Part shown: positions 47,795-57,249 of the stretch, piece after piece
Position numbering within the stretch: the stretch's first letter is position 1
Layout: every line of letters starts with the position of its first letter
Assembly (NCBI GenBank): GCA_039714255.1
Contig: JBDLJQ010000003.1
Coordinates: 9,191 to 73,190 of the forward strand
Length of the DNA stretch: 64,000 nt
Direction: 5' to 3'
Source of the DNA: Acidobacteriota bacterium
GTDB taxonomy: Bacteria; Acidobacteriota; Aminicenantia; UBA2199
Notes under the pieces: generated by a model
Told to the model about the DNA's origin: nothing
The model's database searches: none
The model's input: only the letters and a program-made list of their open reading frames with translations
Program-made: the position numbers and the translations under genes

Positions 47795-48868
47795 TTGGAG
47801 CTTACAATGAAAAAGTATTACATTTTTAAGATTAGTCTGTTTCTCCTTTTCTTTTCAGGTTTTACCCTTTATTGCGGTAAAAAGGGGCCGTTAAGACTTG
47901 AACCTGAAATTCTTCCTCTAAAAGTAACTGATTTTAAAGTAACGCAGACAGGAGAGAATATTAAACTTAAATGGGCCTTTCCCCCAACACTGTCGGATGG
48001 AAAATCTGTATTCAGAACCGATAACATAAAAAAAGTATATATTTATTATTCTAAAAGGGAGGTTCCCGCGTTAAAATTTAAAAGAAGGTCAGATCTTTTA
48101 TTAAAGATCAGTAGAAATGATCTGAGATCAACAGATTCAATATTCCGGGTCGAAATTCCATTCGATTATAAAAAACTGGATAAAATAACCCACTATTTCG
48201 GCCTTTATTACGTTTATAACAAGAAAAAATCTCAAATGAGTGATATTGTTAAGTTAAGCTCATTTATTCCCGTAAAACCCATTTCTGACCTTAAGATAGT
48301 AAATGAGCGGAAAGTAAACAAACTGACCTGGAGCAGAGGATTACTTGATGTATTAAATAATAAAGTTGATAGTATTAACGGCTATAACCTATATAGAAAG
48401 GTTATATCAAATGATTCTCCAAATGAGGATAAATTCATATTACTTAATAAAAGCAGGATAGTTAAAGAATATTATGAGGACAGGGATATAGGAAAAGATG
48501 GTACATATTCTTACTATATATCAACCATACAGTCTCCGGGAGTTTTCAGTAAAGATTCAAATACTGTTTCGGTTTCTGTCAAAGACCTTTTCCCTCCGGA
48601 TATTCCGGAAAACCTCACTGTATTCAAAGGTAACGATTTTCTTGTTCTTTCCTGGGAAAATGTCAGGGATAAAGACCTTGCATTCTACAGAATATTCAGA
48701 AGAAGTGGAAATTCAGGCCAATTCAGTTTAACTGCCGATAAAATTGAGAAAAACCGTTATAAAGATAAAAATGTAAAAAAAGGTAATAAATATTTTTATT
48801 ATATTATTTCTGTTGATCTGAACGGTAACGAAAGTGACAATTCCCGGATTTCCTATGAAGAATTCTAG
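47795..48868 (+). CDS. Lipoprotein with fibronectin-III-like repeats, function unknown
   Basis: Signal peptide with lipobox (FTLYCG) and two Fn3-like segments (DLKIVNERKVNKLTWS...; ENLTVFKGNDFLVLSWENV...YRIFRR). Confidence 0.5.
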   Translation: MELTMKKYYIFKISLFLLFFSGFTLYCGKKGPLRLEPEILPLKVTDFKVTQTGENIKLKWAFPPTLSDGKSVFRTDNIKKVYIYYSKREVPALKFKRRSDLLLKISRNDLRSTDSIFRVEIPFDYKKLDKITHYFGLYYVYNKKKSQMSDIVKLSSFIPVKPISDLKIVNERKVNKLTWSRGLLDVLNNKVDSINGYNLYRKVISNDSPNEDKFILLNKSRIVKEYYEDRDIGKDGTYSYYISTIQSPGVFSKDSNTVSVSVKDLFPPDIPENLTVFKGNDFLVLSWENVRDKDLAFYRIFRRSGNSGQFSLTADKIEKNRYKDKNVKKGNKYFYYIISVDLNGNESDNSRISYEEF

Positions 48869-50010
48869 TGTCGAAAGTTGTCGTTATTGAATGCAGAAGT
48901 TATGATCCTGAAGAAGTAAAAACTGCCATCAGTCGAGGCCTTGATCTTCTGGGCGGAACAGACAGAATATTCAACAAATCTGAAAATGTTCTTTTAAAAC
49001 CGAATATTCTTGTTGGAGATAATCCGGATAAAGGTGTAATAACACATCCTGAGATATTTAATGCTGTAGCTGAAACACTTCAGAAAAACAATTTAAATCT
49101 TTCTTACGGGGACTCTCCCGGATTTGGAAGCCCCAAAAGAGCTGCAGAAAAATCGGGTTTAAGTAATATTGCAAAAAAAAAAGGAATAAAACTTGCAGAT
49201 TTTGAAACTATAGTACATTCCCCTTTTGAAAAAGGTATAATTCTAAAAAATATTCCAATTGCCAAAGGAGTTCTTGAATCTGATGCAATAGTAAGCATAA
49301 GTAAAATGAAAACTCATGGATTCACAAGGATAACGGGAGCTGTAAAGAATCAGTTCGGATGTGTTCCCGGATTACTGAAAAGTGAATTTCATGTAAAAAT
49401 GCCTGATATTTTCGATTTTTCCAAAGTACTGATAGATATTAACAATTTCCTGAAACCACAGCTATATATTATGGATGGAATTATTGCCATGGAAGGTAAC
49501 GGGCCGAGAGGGGGCGAATTAATTTCCATGAATGTGATCCTTTTTTCAAAAGACCCTGTAGCTCTGGATTCGGTCTTCTGCAAATTAATTGATCTTGACC
49601 CCGAGTTTGTACCCACTATGAAGTTTGGCATGGAGTCCGGCCTCGGAACTTTTAAATATAATGAAATTGATATTCTGGGAGATTATAAGGATAGTCTTAT
49701 TAATAAAAAGTTCAAGGTTGTCCGAAAGCCCCCCGACAGATTTATTTCCTCCAAAAATTTTCCTCCTTTCCTGAAGAACCTGATCTCTCCAAAACCTGTA
49801 ATTGACTATGAAATGTGTGTAAATTGCGGAAAATGTGTCCTTCAATGCCCAACCGATCCAAAGTCAGTGGATTGGAGTCATAAAAAACATGCCCCCTACC
49901 CTTCATTTGATTATAATTCCTGTATCAGATGTTATTGCTGCCAGGAACTATGCCCCCATAAAGCAATAACTATTAAAACACCACTACTGGGAAAGATAAT
50001 AGGAAGATAA
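48868..50010 (+). CDS. DUF362 domain protein with C-terminal 2x[4Fe-4S] ferredoxin domain
   Basis: DUF362 core plus CVNCGKCVLQCP and CIRCYCCQELCP cluster motifs. GTG start overlapping the upstream TAG (TAGTG). Confidence 0.65.
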   Translation: MSKVVVIECRSYDPEEVKTAISRGLDLLGGTDRIFNKSENVLLKPNILVGDNPDKGVITHPEIFNAVAETLQKNNLNLSYGDSPGFGSPKRAAEKSGLSNIAKKKGIKLADFETIVHSPFEKGIILKNIPIAKGVLESDAIVSISKMKTHGFTRITGAVKNQFGCVPGLLKSEFHVKMPDIFDFSKVLIDINNFLKPQLYIMDGIIAMEGNGPRGGELISMNVILFSKDPVALDSVFCKLIDLDPEFVPTMKFGMESGLGTFKYNEIDILGDYKDSLINKKFKVVRKPPDRFISSKNFPPFLKNLISPKPVIDYEMCVNCGKCVLQCPTDPKSVDWSHKKHAPYPSFDYNSCIRCYCCQELCPHKAITIKTPLLGKIIGR

Positions 50011-50017
50011 TTAAGTA

Positions 50018-51559
50018 TTATTTATCCCCCAGCTCCCTGAATTTAAACTTTGACAGGATTGCAGGGTTATGTTCTTTTTTCATTATATCAGTTATTTCTT
50101 TTACTATTTCCGGATACTCTTTTGAAACATCATTTAACTCTGACGGATCTCTGGAAAGGTCAAAGAGTTGAATTTTCAAATTTCCTTTAAAAATATTCTT
50201 TCTTAACCCTTTCCATTTCCCCATTCTAACAGCCTGTTGTCCATTATATGAAGGGAATTCCCAATAAAGAAATTTATGTTTTTTTTGTATTCCCTTTTCC
50301 AGTAAAGCAGGAAGGAAACTAATACCATCAATCTTTTCAGGAGTTTTTGCAGCTGATAATTCACAAAGAGTCGGAAGAATATCATAAAAAGCGGAAACAT
50401 GATCTGTCTGCGTTCCCGGTTTTATCTTCCCTGGCCAGCTTGCTATCATTGGAACTCTGATCCCACCCTCATGAGTAAAACCTTTTCCTCTTCCATAACT
50501 CTCTCCGAAAACTCCACCACTTTTAAAGAACTCAGTGTCTGCACCGCCGGTATATGTAGGCCCGTTATCTGAGCTGAAGATGATCAGTGTATTATCATAT
50601 TGATCTGTATCTTTTAGTTTCCGGACAATCTTTCCAACTTCATCATCAAGATAATTGATCATTGCGGCATATGTTGCTCTGGGATACCTGCATGGGAAGT
50701 AACTCTTTTTTGTATAGGGCTCCTCTTCTCCAATGATCTTCCTGTACTTATCTACATATTCCTTAGGAGCCTGAAGTGGTAAATGAGGTAGTGGAGACGC
50801 ATAATATAGAAAAAATGGATTTTTTTTATTTTCTTCAATGAACTTTAAGGCTTCTCTTCCCATCAGATCAGGAGCATAGTCATTCAAAGTATAATCAGAG
50901 TAACTATCAGGATCATAAGGGTCACTCCCCTTTTTCAGCCTTGTTCCCGGGATTACAAGTTTATTGTTGAGTTTTATTTTTTTTCTGTTCTTCCATAAAT
51001 GTTTCGGGTAATAGGTATGAGCCTGCCGCTGACAATTATAGCCGAAAAAGAGATCAAATCCCTGCTTGTTAGGAGATCCTTCAGAATATCCCGGCCCTAA
51101 TCCCCATTTGCCTATACATGCTGTTTTGTAACCTTTTTTTTGAAGCAGTTTTCCTATAGTTACTGAATTTTTATGTAGCGGGCGCTGCCCTTCAAGATTT
51201 TCATTTTCTGAAGCTTTTTTGAAATTCCATACATCTCCTCTTTCACCCCATTCATCATTACCCCTTATGTAAGCATGTCCTGAATGTAACCCTGTCAGTA
51301 GAACACATCTTGATGGAGCACATACAGGTGAGCCTGAATAATGATCAGAAAAAATGATGCCGTTTTTCGCTAACTTGTCAATATTTGGAGTTTGAATGAT
51401 CTTCTGACCATATACACCCAGATCACCATATCCAAGGTCGTCAGCAAGAATATATACAATATTAGGCCTGGTATCAATTTTCTTACCAAAACCCTTTTTG
51501 TTTATTAATCCTGCACCTGCTAATATTCCGGCATTTTTTATAAAATTCCTTCTTTCCAC
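50018..51559 (-). CDS. Cys-type sulfatase (arylsulfatase family) with Tat signal
   Basis: Twin-arginine signal MERRNFIKNAGILAGAGL and formylglycine motif CAPSRCVLLTG, plus metal ligands DDLGYGD. GTG start. Confidence 0.85.
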   Translation of the reverse strand: MERRNFIKNAGILAGAGLINKKGFGKKIDTRPNIVYILADDLGYGDLGVYGQKIIQTPNIDKLAKNGIIFSDHYSGSPVCAPSRCVLLTGLHSGHAYIRGNDEWGERGDVWNFKKASENENLEGQRPLHKNSVTIGKLLQKKGYKTACIGKWGLGPGYSEGSPNKQGFDLFFGYNCQRQAHTYYPKHLWKNRKKIKLNNKLVIPGTRLKKGSDPYDPDSYSDYTLNDYAPDLMGREALKFIEENKKNPFFLYYASPLPHLPLQAPKEYVDKYRKIIGEEEPYTKKSYFPCRYPRATYAAMINYLDDEVGKIVRKLKDTDQYDNTLIIFSSDNGPTYTGGADTEFFKSGGVFGESYGRGKGFTHEGGIRVPMIASWPGKIKPGTQTDHVSAFYDILPTLCELSAAKTPEKIDGISFLPALLEKGIQKKHKFLYWEFPSYNGQQAVRMGKWKGLRKNIFKGNLKIQLFDLSRDPSELNDVSKEYPEIVKEITDIMKKEHNPAILSKFKFRELGDK

Positions 51560-51606
51560 TATTCACTGCTCACTATTCTCGTTATTACACTCCACTATTT
51601 ACTATT
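51557..51606. repeat. Short direct repeats CACTATT (x4-5) spanning the sulfatase start and its 5' leader
   Basis: CACTATT at 51557, 51571 and 51593, TACTATT at 51600, and a CACTGCT variant at 51564. This is the AATAGTG motif on the coding (minus) strand. Confidence 0.4.
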
Positions 51607-51616
51607 TTCGTTTATT

Positions 51617-54600
51617 TCACCTTTGTCTTAATTTTATTTTTTCTGTATGAACTTTACCTTCTCTTTCAAAGGTAATAGTGACAATTTCACCGGGACTATA
51701 TTTTTTAAGAACAGTTGTGTATTCCCTGAGGTTATTTACAGCATGATCATCTATTTTTTTTATAATATCACCTTTTTTTAGAACATGTTCTTTACCTGAA
51801 GCACCTTTAATTGCCATTCCTACCCTTACTCCCGGTTTGCTGAATGCAAAATCAGGCATTATTCCGATACTTACCTTTTTTCCTTTTCCGGTAGTTTTTA
51901 CAGGCATCTTTGATCCTGCTGCTGTTTTTCCGGTAAAGGCAAGCTTTTCTTTCCTCTGTGAGAGATATACAACTGCTTCTTTTGTAACTTTTGCAATTTT
52001 TACCATTCCTTTAATGTCAATTTTATCAAAAGTATCTGTTGGTCTGTGATAGTCAAGGTGCGGCCCTGAAAAGATCTGCACTCCGGGAATCCCTTTTTTA
52101 ACAAAACTTATCTGATCACTGGCATCCAGGTCCTGAGTTATAAGGTCAGTTTCGATCCCATTTGTAAAGCCTATCCCCATAAATAAAAATTTCCATTCTT
52201 TTGCGGAATTCCCGCCTATTATCATCGGCTTTTTATTATTGAGCCGGCCTACTGTATCAAGGTTAATTACACCGAAAATATCTTTCACAGGAAATTTTTT
52301 ATAATTATCTGCATAATATTTTGAACCGATCAGGCCACTTTCCTCAGCAGTGAATGCGACAAATATTATTGAACGGTCAGGCGTAAATCCCCTGGCAAGG
52401 CTTCTTGCCATCTCCAGCATAACAGAAATACCGCTGCTGTTATCATCTGCGCCCGGATGTACTTTTCCTTCATTTCCAGGCCGTACATCAGGCCAGCCTA
52501 AACCGAGATGATCATAATGAGCACATAAAATAACAGACTGATCCTTCCATTCTTTATTCTTTCCCGGAATATATCCGATAATATTCTTCAGAACAAACTC
52601 TTTGTTATTTTTTTTGATTTTTTGTTTCCATGTCTGGAAAAAACTGCCATTATCACCACCGGGTTTTAAACCATATGCTTTGAATTTGCCGGCTATGTAA
52701 TCTGCTGCTTTATCAATTCCTTCAGTTCCAATCCCGCGTCCCTTTAATTCTTTAGAGGATAGATATTTTACATGTGCTGACATCTTTTCCTTTGAGAAAA
52801 GGGCTTCAAGTTTACCAAGAGGTTCTCTTTTCTTTACTTTAACACTGTGCTCAATATTATTGTTAAATACCTTTATTAATGGAGAATCCTTAACTTCCCA
52901 TTGTCCTCTTACACTTACTGTAGGTTCATCTCCTGAAAAAACAAGATAACTGTATTTTCCATAGTGAGGAAGTTTCCTTCCCAGGCCCTGAACTGCTTTA
53001 CTGTTATCAGCAGACATAAAAACTATAACATTTGAGAGGTTTTTCGGATTTTTCATACTTAAAACAACACTGTTCTTGTTAAGGTCAAAAGATTTTTTCC
53101 CTACCCTCATTTCAGACTCATTTAGATCACTTCCGTAACCCTCTATATTTTTATTGATCTTTGCTGCAAATTTATTATATCTTCCGAAGATCCATACTGC
53201 ACTGTCTCCGGGAAGATCAGTTATCTGATCATCATATTTAATTTCAATTTTTCCCTTTCTTTCTCCTGCCCAATTTTCCGCCAGCTTTTTATAGGATCCA
53301 TTCAACATTTCATTACCTTTGGAAGGAAGTAAAATAAGTATCTTAGTGGCTCCAAATGCCTTTGAGAGGGCCGGAGTTATCTCTTTTTCAGATAAACGCC
53401 TGAATACATCAAACCACGGGTCAATATCTATTCTGTAGGGTTTATCTTTAAACCTCAGCTTATAGTTTTCACTCTTCTTTGATAATTTTAAATTAATTTT
53501 TTTATAGCCGGAATCTCCTTCAAAATATACTATTGCCGGAATATTCATCTTATAAGGATCATCCTTCTGCAATTGTTTAAGTTTAAAATTTAAAACATGA
53601 TCACCAGCTACTTTGGAAAGTTTTGTATCTTCCATCTTCAACTGAGGGGCCCCTTTCCTGTTTATCCACTGATCAAAGAAATAGGAATATTTTTTACCAG
53701 ATACTTTTTCAAAAGATTCCCTGATATCATTAAAGGTTGCCCGTTTATATTTATTTTTACTGTAAAAGTCCTGAATGGCTTTTAAAAATATTTTATCTCC
53801 AAGTTCTGTTCTGAGCATATTGAATGTCATCATAGATTTTCCATATCCTATTGATGATGATGCCGAATCAAATCTTGCCTTAAACTCTTTTACCGGAAAT
53901 TCATTTTCATCATTAACATAATCTGTATAACCCTGAAGGGTTGTCTTTCTGTAGTCTGTCCCCTGCCCTCTCTGCTCTTTAATAAGATGATCGGCCATAT
54001 AAACCGTCAAACCTTCACACCAGTTACCCTTGTTATAATTAACAAATACACTGTTACCCCACCAGTTATGAAGAAGTTCATGAGGATACGATGAATGGAG
54101 GATAAAAGGGAATCTTATAACTTTCGGCCCCAGCAATGTAAATGAAGGCATCCCGTAACCTGTTTCCCAGAAATTTTCTATTAATGCAAATTTTGTATAT
54201 GGATATTTTCCGATAAGTTTCTGATACATTTCCAGATACTGGCCTGTTGTATTGAGATATTTCATTGCCAGATTATCATCATTCGTTCTCATATAGGCAA
54301 CAATATTAACATTGCTGACCTTTATTTTATATCTTGCAAATTTTGCAGCTATAAGATATATCTCGTCCATGGGTTCCGGGGAATCCCATGTAGTTCTCAT
54401 TTTTCCGTCCTTTATATTTTCCTTTTCCAGTTTCCCCTGTGATGCTACCGACCACTCCTTATTAACTATTGTATTCAGCTTAAAGGTCACAAGATTTTCA
54501 TTAAACCATGGAACCCAGAAAGTAGATCCGGCCAGATAAACACCTTCTGAAGAAATAATACCGGGTGTTTGTTTAAAACCTCTTGCATACTCTTCTCCGA

Positions 54601-55009
54601 TCATTTTTACAGGGTGATTGATTTTACCGCTATATTCAATTTTAAAAGAATTTTCCCCTTTTCCTGTTTTGATCGAATAATGAGCCACAGGTATCTTATC
54701 AGTGATCTTAAACTCAGCTGTATTTATTCCGAAAAACTTTGATTTTATCTCCCCTGATTCCTTCCGGATCTTTATATTCGGGGAATTACCGGTAATTTTC
54801 AGATTTCCATGAAGGAGAAAGTGTAACTTCTTCTCCAGCATATCCGTGGGGACTATTATATTATCAGTTACTTTTATGATCCCCTCCGAAGGAAAAATTT
54901 CTGCCTTAATTTCATGTTTCAGATATTTTCCATTTGATGCTACCAAAGAAAATACTGAAATAATTACTAAAACTATTAATACAAAACTCTTTTTCATTTT
55001 ATTCTCCAT
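51617..55009 (-). CDS. Secreted multi-domain metallopeptidase: M1-like (gluzincin) domain + M28 aminopeptidase domain + C-terminal PDZ
   Basis: Signal peptide. M1 motif HELLHNWWGN-x-E (HEXXH-X18-E) with a degenerate GAMEN position. Later the M28 Zn ligands (CAHYDH, GADDNSSG, AEESGLIGS, ...H) and a C-terminal PDZ (GVRVGMAIKG...GDIIKKIDDHAV). Confidence 0.75.
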   Translation of the reverse strand: MENKMKKSFVLIVLVIISVFSLVASNGKYLKHEIKAEIFPSEGIIKVTDNIIVPTDMLEKKLHFLLHGNLKITGNSPNIKIRKESGEIKSKFFGINTAEFKITDKIPVAHYSIKTGKGENSFKIEYSGKINHPVKMIGEEYARGFKQTPGIISSEGVYLAGSTFWVPWFNENLVTFKLNTIVNKEWSVASQGKLEKENIKDGKMRTTWDSPEPMDEIYLIAAKFARYKIKVSNVNIVAYMRTNDDNLAMKYLNTTGQYLEMYQKLIGKYPYTKFALIENFWETGYGMPSFTLLGPKVIRFPFILHSSYPHELLHNWWGNSVFVNYNKGNWCEGLTVYMADHLIKEQRGQGTDYRKTTLQGYTDYVNDENEFPVKEFKARFDSASSSIGYGKSMMTFNMLRTELGDKIFLKAIQDFYSKNKYKRATFNDIRESFEKVSGKKYSYFFDQWINRKGAPQLKMEDTKLSKVAGDHVLNFKLKQLQKDDPYKMNIPAIVYFEGDSGYKKINLKLSKKSENYKLRFKDKPYRIDIDPWFDVFRRLSEKEITPALSKAFGATKILILLPSKGNEMLNGSYKKLAENWAGERKGKIEIKYDDQITDLPGDSAVWIFGRYNKFAAKINKNIEGYGSDLNESEMRVGKKSFDLNKNSVVLSMKNPKNLSNVIVFMSADNSKAVQGLGRKLPHYGKYSYLVFSGDEPTVSVRGQWEVKDSPLIKVFNNNIEHSVKVKKREPLGKLEALFSKEKMSAHVKYLSSKELKGRGIGTEGIDKAADYIAGKFKAYGLKPGGDNGSFFQTWKQKIKKNNKEFVLKNIIGYIPGKNKEWKDQSVILCAHYDHLGLGWPDVRPGNEGKVHPGADDNSSGISVMLEMARSLARGFTPDRSIIFVAFTAEESGLIGSKYYADNYKKFPVKDIFGVINLDTVGRLNNKKPMIIGGNSAKEWKFLFMGIGFTNGIETDLITQDLDASDQISFVKKGIPGVQIFSGPHLDYHRPTDTFDKIDIKGMVKIAKVTKEAVVYLSQRKEKLAFTGKTAAGSKMPVKTTGKGKKVSIGIMPDFAFSKPGVRVGMAIKGASGKEHVLKKGDIIKKIDDHAVNNLREYTTVLKKYSPGEIVTITFEREGKVHTEKIKLRQR

Positions 55010-55022
55010 TTTATGTTATTTT

Positions 55023-55997
55023 TTAACTTTTTAATACGTTATGTTCCGGAATAAGGTTTTCAGGAACTTTTCCACTAAAAACCTGCTTGATATTTTTTAT
55101 CACTATATTTGCCATTCCAAGCCTGGCTGTATAAGTCGCACTCCCGATATGTGGAACCATAATAACATTATCCAGTTTATTAAGCCGGTCATTAACCCTT
55201 GGCTCAAATTCAAAAACATCCAGTCCGGCTCCGAATAGTTTTTTACTCTCCAGTGCATCTGCCAGGTGGGATTCATTCATTATCCCTCCCCGTGAAACAT
55301 TAATGAAGATTGCATTATCTTTCATTTTTTCAAAGGTATTCTTATTGAAAAGATGATGAACATCGTCTGAATATGGTATATGAGGTGAAATTATATCTGA
55401 ATTTTTAATTAATTCTTCCAGTTCCATATATTCAAAATTAAATTTTTTTTCCAGATCTGGTTTCCTGTTATTTGAATAATACGCAATATTAATGCCGAAA
55501 GCACGTGCTCTCAAAGCTGTAGCAAGGCCGATCTTACCCAGGCCAATAATTCCCAGTGTTAATCCTCCCAATTCTCTTCCCAGCAGCAGATTTGCTCCCC
55601 AGCCTTTGAATTTTCCACTACGCATATATTTATCAGATTCAACAATGCGCCTGGATACGCCCAGGATCAATGCCATTGTCAGATCTGCTGTGGCAGCAGT
55701 AAGTACATCAGGTGTGTTTGTTACAAAAATACCCGAGTCCCGGGCAAAAATGAAATCAATATTATTATATCCCACTGCATAATTGGAAATTATCTTCAGG
55801 TTATCAGATATTTCTATTATATCTCTGTCAATTTTATCAGATAAAAAAGATATGATAACTTCTGTATCAGGATTATTCTTTAAAGTTGTTTTCAGATCTT
55901 TACCGGACCCCTCTACAATAATTAGGTCATAATCTTTTTTCAGGATATCAACAGCTTCTTTCTGAAATATTTTTGTTAAAATTATTTTATTTTTCAC
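55023..55997 (-). CDS. D-isomer-specific 2-hydroxyacid dehydrogenase (glyoxylate/hydroxypyruvate reductase-like)
   Basis: NAD-binding GLGKIGLATALRARAFG and a catalytic R/E/H arrangement (PHIGSAT). Confidence 0.8.
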   Translation of the reverse strand: MKNKIILTKIFQKEAVDILKKDYDLIIVEGSGKDLKTTLKNNPDTEVIISFLSDKIDRDIIEISDNLKIISNYAVGYNNIDFIFARDSGIFVTNTPDVLTAATADLTMALILGVSRRIVESDKYMRSGKFKGWGANLLLGRELGGLTLGIIGLGKIGLATALRARAFGINIAYYSNNRKPDLEKKFNFEYMELEELIKNSDIISPHIPYSDDVHHLFNKNTFEKMKDNAIFINVSRGGIMNESHLADALESKKLFGAGLDVFEFEPRVNDRLNKLDNVIMVPHIGSATYTARLGMANIVIKNIKQVFSGKVPENLIPEHNVLKS

Positions 55998-56640
55998 TTA
56001 TCAGCTCCAATATATGTTCAAATGATCTTATTAATTCACTATTTATTTTTTTTTTATTTTTTAAAAGATCAATTCCATTTTTTGTTATCAGGTCTGTTAT
56101 TACCACAAAAGCAAAAAACTCCTTCCCAATAAAATCTCTCAGGGGATATATTTCCATTTCAACAATATCATTTTTGTTTACAATCTGATCTTTAAGCCAT
56201 TCTGAAGTTTCCCTCTGCAGGATATCAACACTCACACCTTTAACACCGGTGAAACCATGATCCCCGGTTGAAATTAATTTGTAAGATTTTTTGTCAGCAA
56301 AACTATCAAATATTGCACTTGGATTTATTTCATTAACCATAAAAGCTTCCGGAGATTTAAATTCCGGGTTAATGGATCCTGCAGTTCCGAGGAAATATAT
56401 ATTTTTTTCTCTTATATCTTTAATGAACTCCAGTATTGTTAATAGCTGGGTATAACCGATGAAATCTGTAATTATTGAATAGGATTCAAAAATCAGGACA
56501 GTACTAAAAAAAAGTGAAAAATTCCTGATCGCTTTTTTTTTGATCCGGTTGAAATATTTTTTGTCAAAAAAATTAGGAATCAATATTAGATTATCAGGAA
56601 TTTCATGTTTGTTGTTAGGATTTAACAGTTTATCCCCCAT
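55987..56640 (-). CDS. PNP/UDP-family nucleosidase (MTA/SAH nucleosidase- or futalosine-hydrolase-like)
   Basis: Similarity to MtnN-type motifs (IYFLGTAGS ~ IINTGSAGG; ISTGDHGF ~ VSGDAF; VEMEIYPL...FVVITDL ~ VEMEAT...FVVVRAISD). Divergent N-terminus. Confidence 0.45.
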   Translation of the reverse strand: MGDKLLNPNNKHEIPDNLILIPNFFDKKYFNRIKKKAIRNFSLFFSTVLIFESYSIITDFIGYTQLLTILEFIKDIREKNIYFLGTAGSINPEFKSPEAFMVNEINPSAIFDSFADKKSYKLISTGDHGFTGVKGVSVDILQRETSEWLKDQIVNKNDIVEMEIYPLRDFIGKEFFAFVVITDLITKNGIDLLKNKKKINSELIRSFEHILELISEK

Positions 56641-56718
56641 AGTTTATTATATCCCAAAATCACACCATTGTAAATGTAATTCTTGACACCATAACATGAT
56701 TCTAATAAAATTTTATTT

Positions 56719-57249
56719 ATGAAAAAGATGGAAAAAAAGGGAAAGTATAAATTTTATATATTGAACATATTAGCAGCTGCATTTATATCAATACTTCTTT
56801 TTACTTTCCTGTTTACCCCTTATAAAATATCCGGTAATTCAATGTTTCCGTCATTAAAAAATGGACAGAGAGTTATTATTTCAAAAATATTTTCTATCAA
56901 TGACCTGAAAAGGTTTGATATAGTGGTTTTAAAAGTTTCCGGAAACAGGACGAATATAGTAAAAAGGATAATAGCCCTCCCCGGAGAACTTTTTGAAATA
57001 AAAAAAGGAGATATCTATATTAACAACATGAAGATAAAAACTCCTTTTTTAAAAAATTTTGGTGATGTTATGTTCAGATCCGTTAATTTTGGCCAGTTAA
57101 AAATTCCTGAAAGGTTTTATTTTACTCTCGGGGACAACCGGGATCAAAGTATTGACTCACGCAGTTTCGGGCCTGTAAACATGGAACAGATAAAAGGAAA
57201 AGCCGCTTTGATCTACTGGCCTTTATCAAGTTTCGGCGGTATAAAATGA
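56719..57249 (+). CDS. lepB: Signal peptidase I
   Basis: Catalytic Ser box SGNSMFPSL, Lys box VKRIIALPGE, GDNRDQSIDSR, and an N-terminal TM. Confidence 0.88.
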   Translation: MKKMEKKGKYKFYILNILAAAFISILLFTFLFTPYKISGNSMFPSLKNGQRVIISKIFSINDLKRFDIVVLKVSGNRTNIVKRIIALPGELFEIKKGDIYINNMKIKTPFLKNFGDVMFRSVNFGQLKIPERFYFTLGDNRDQSIDSRSFGPVNMEQIKGKAALIYWPLSSFGGIK

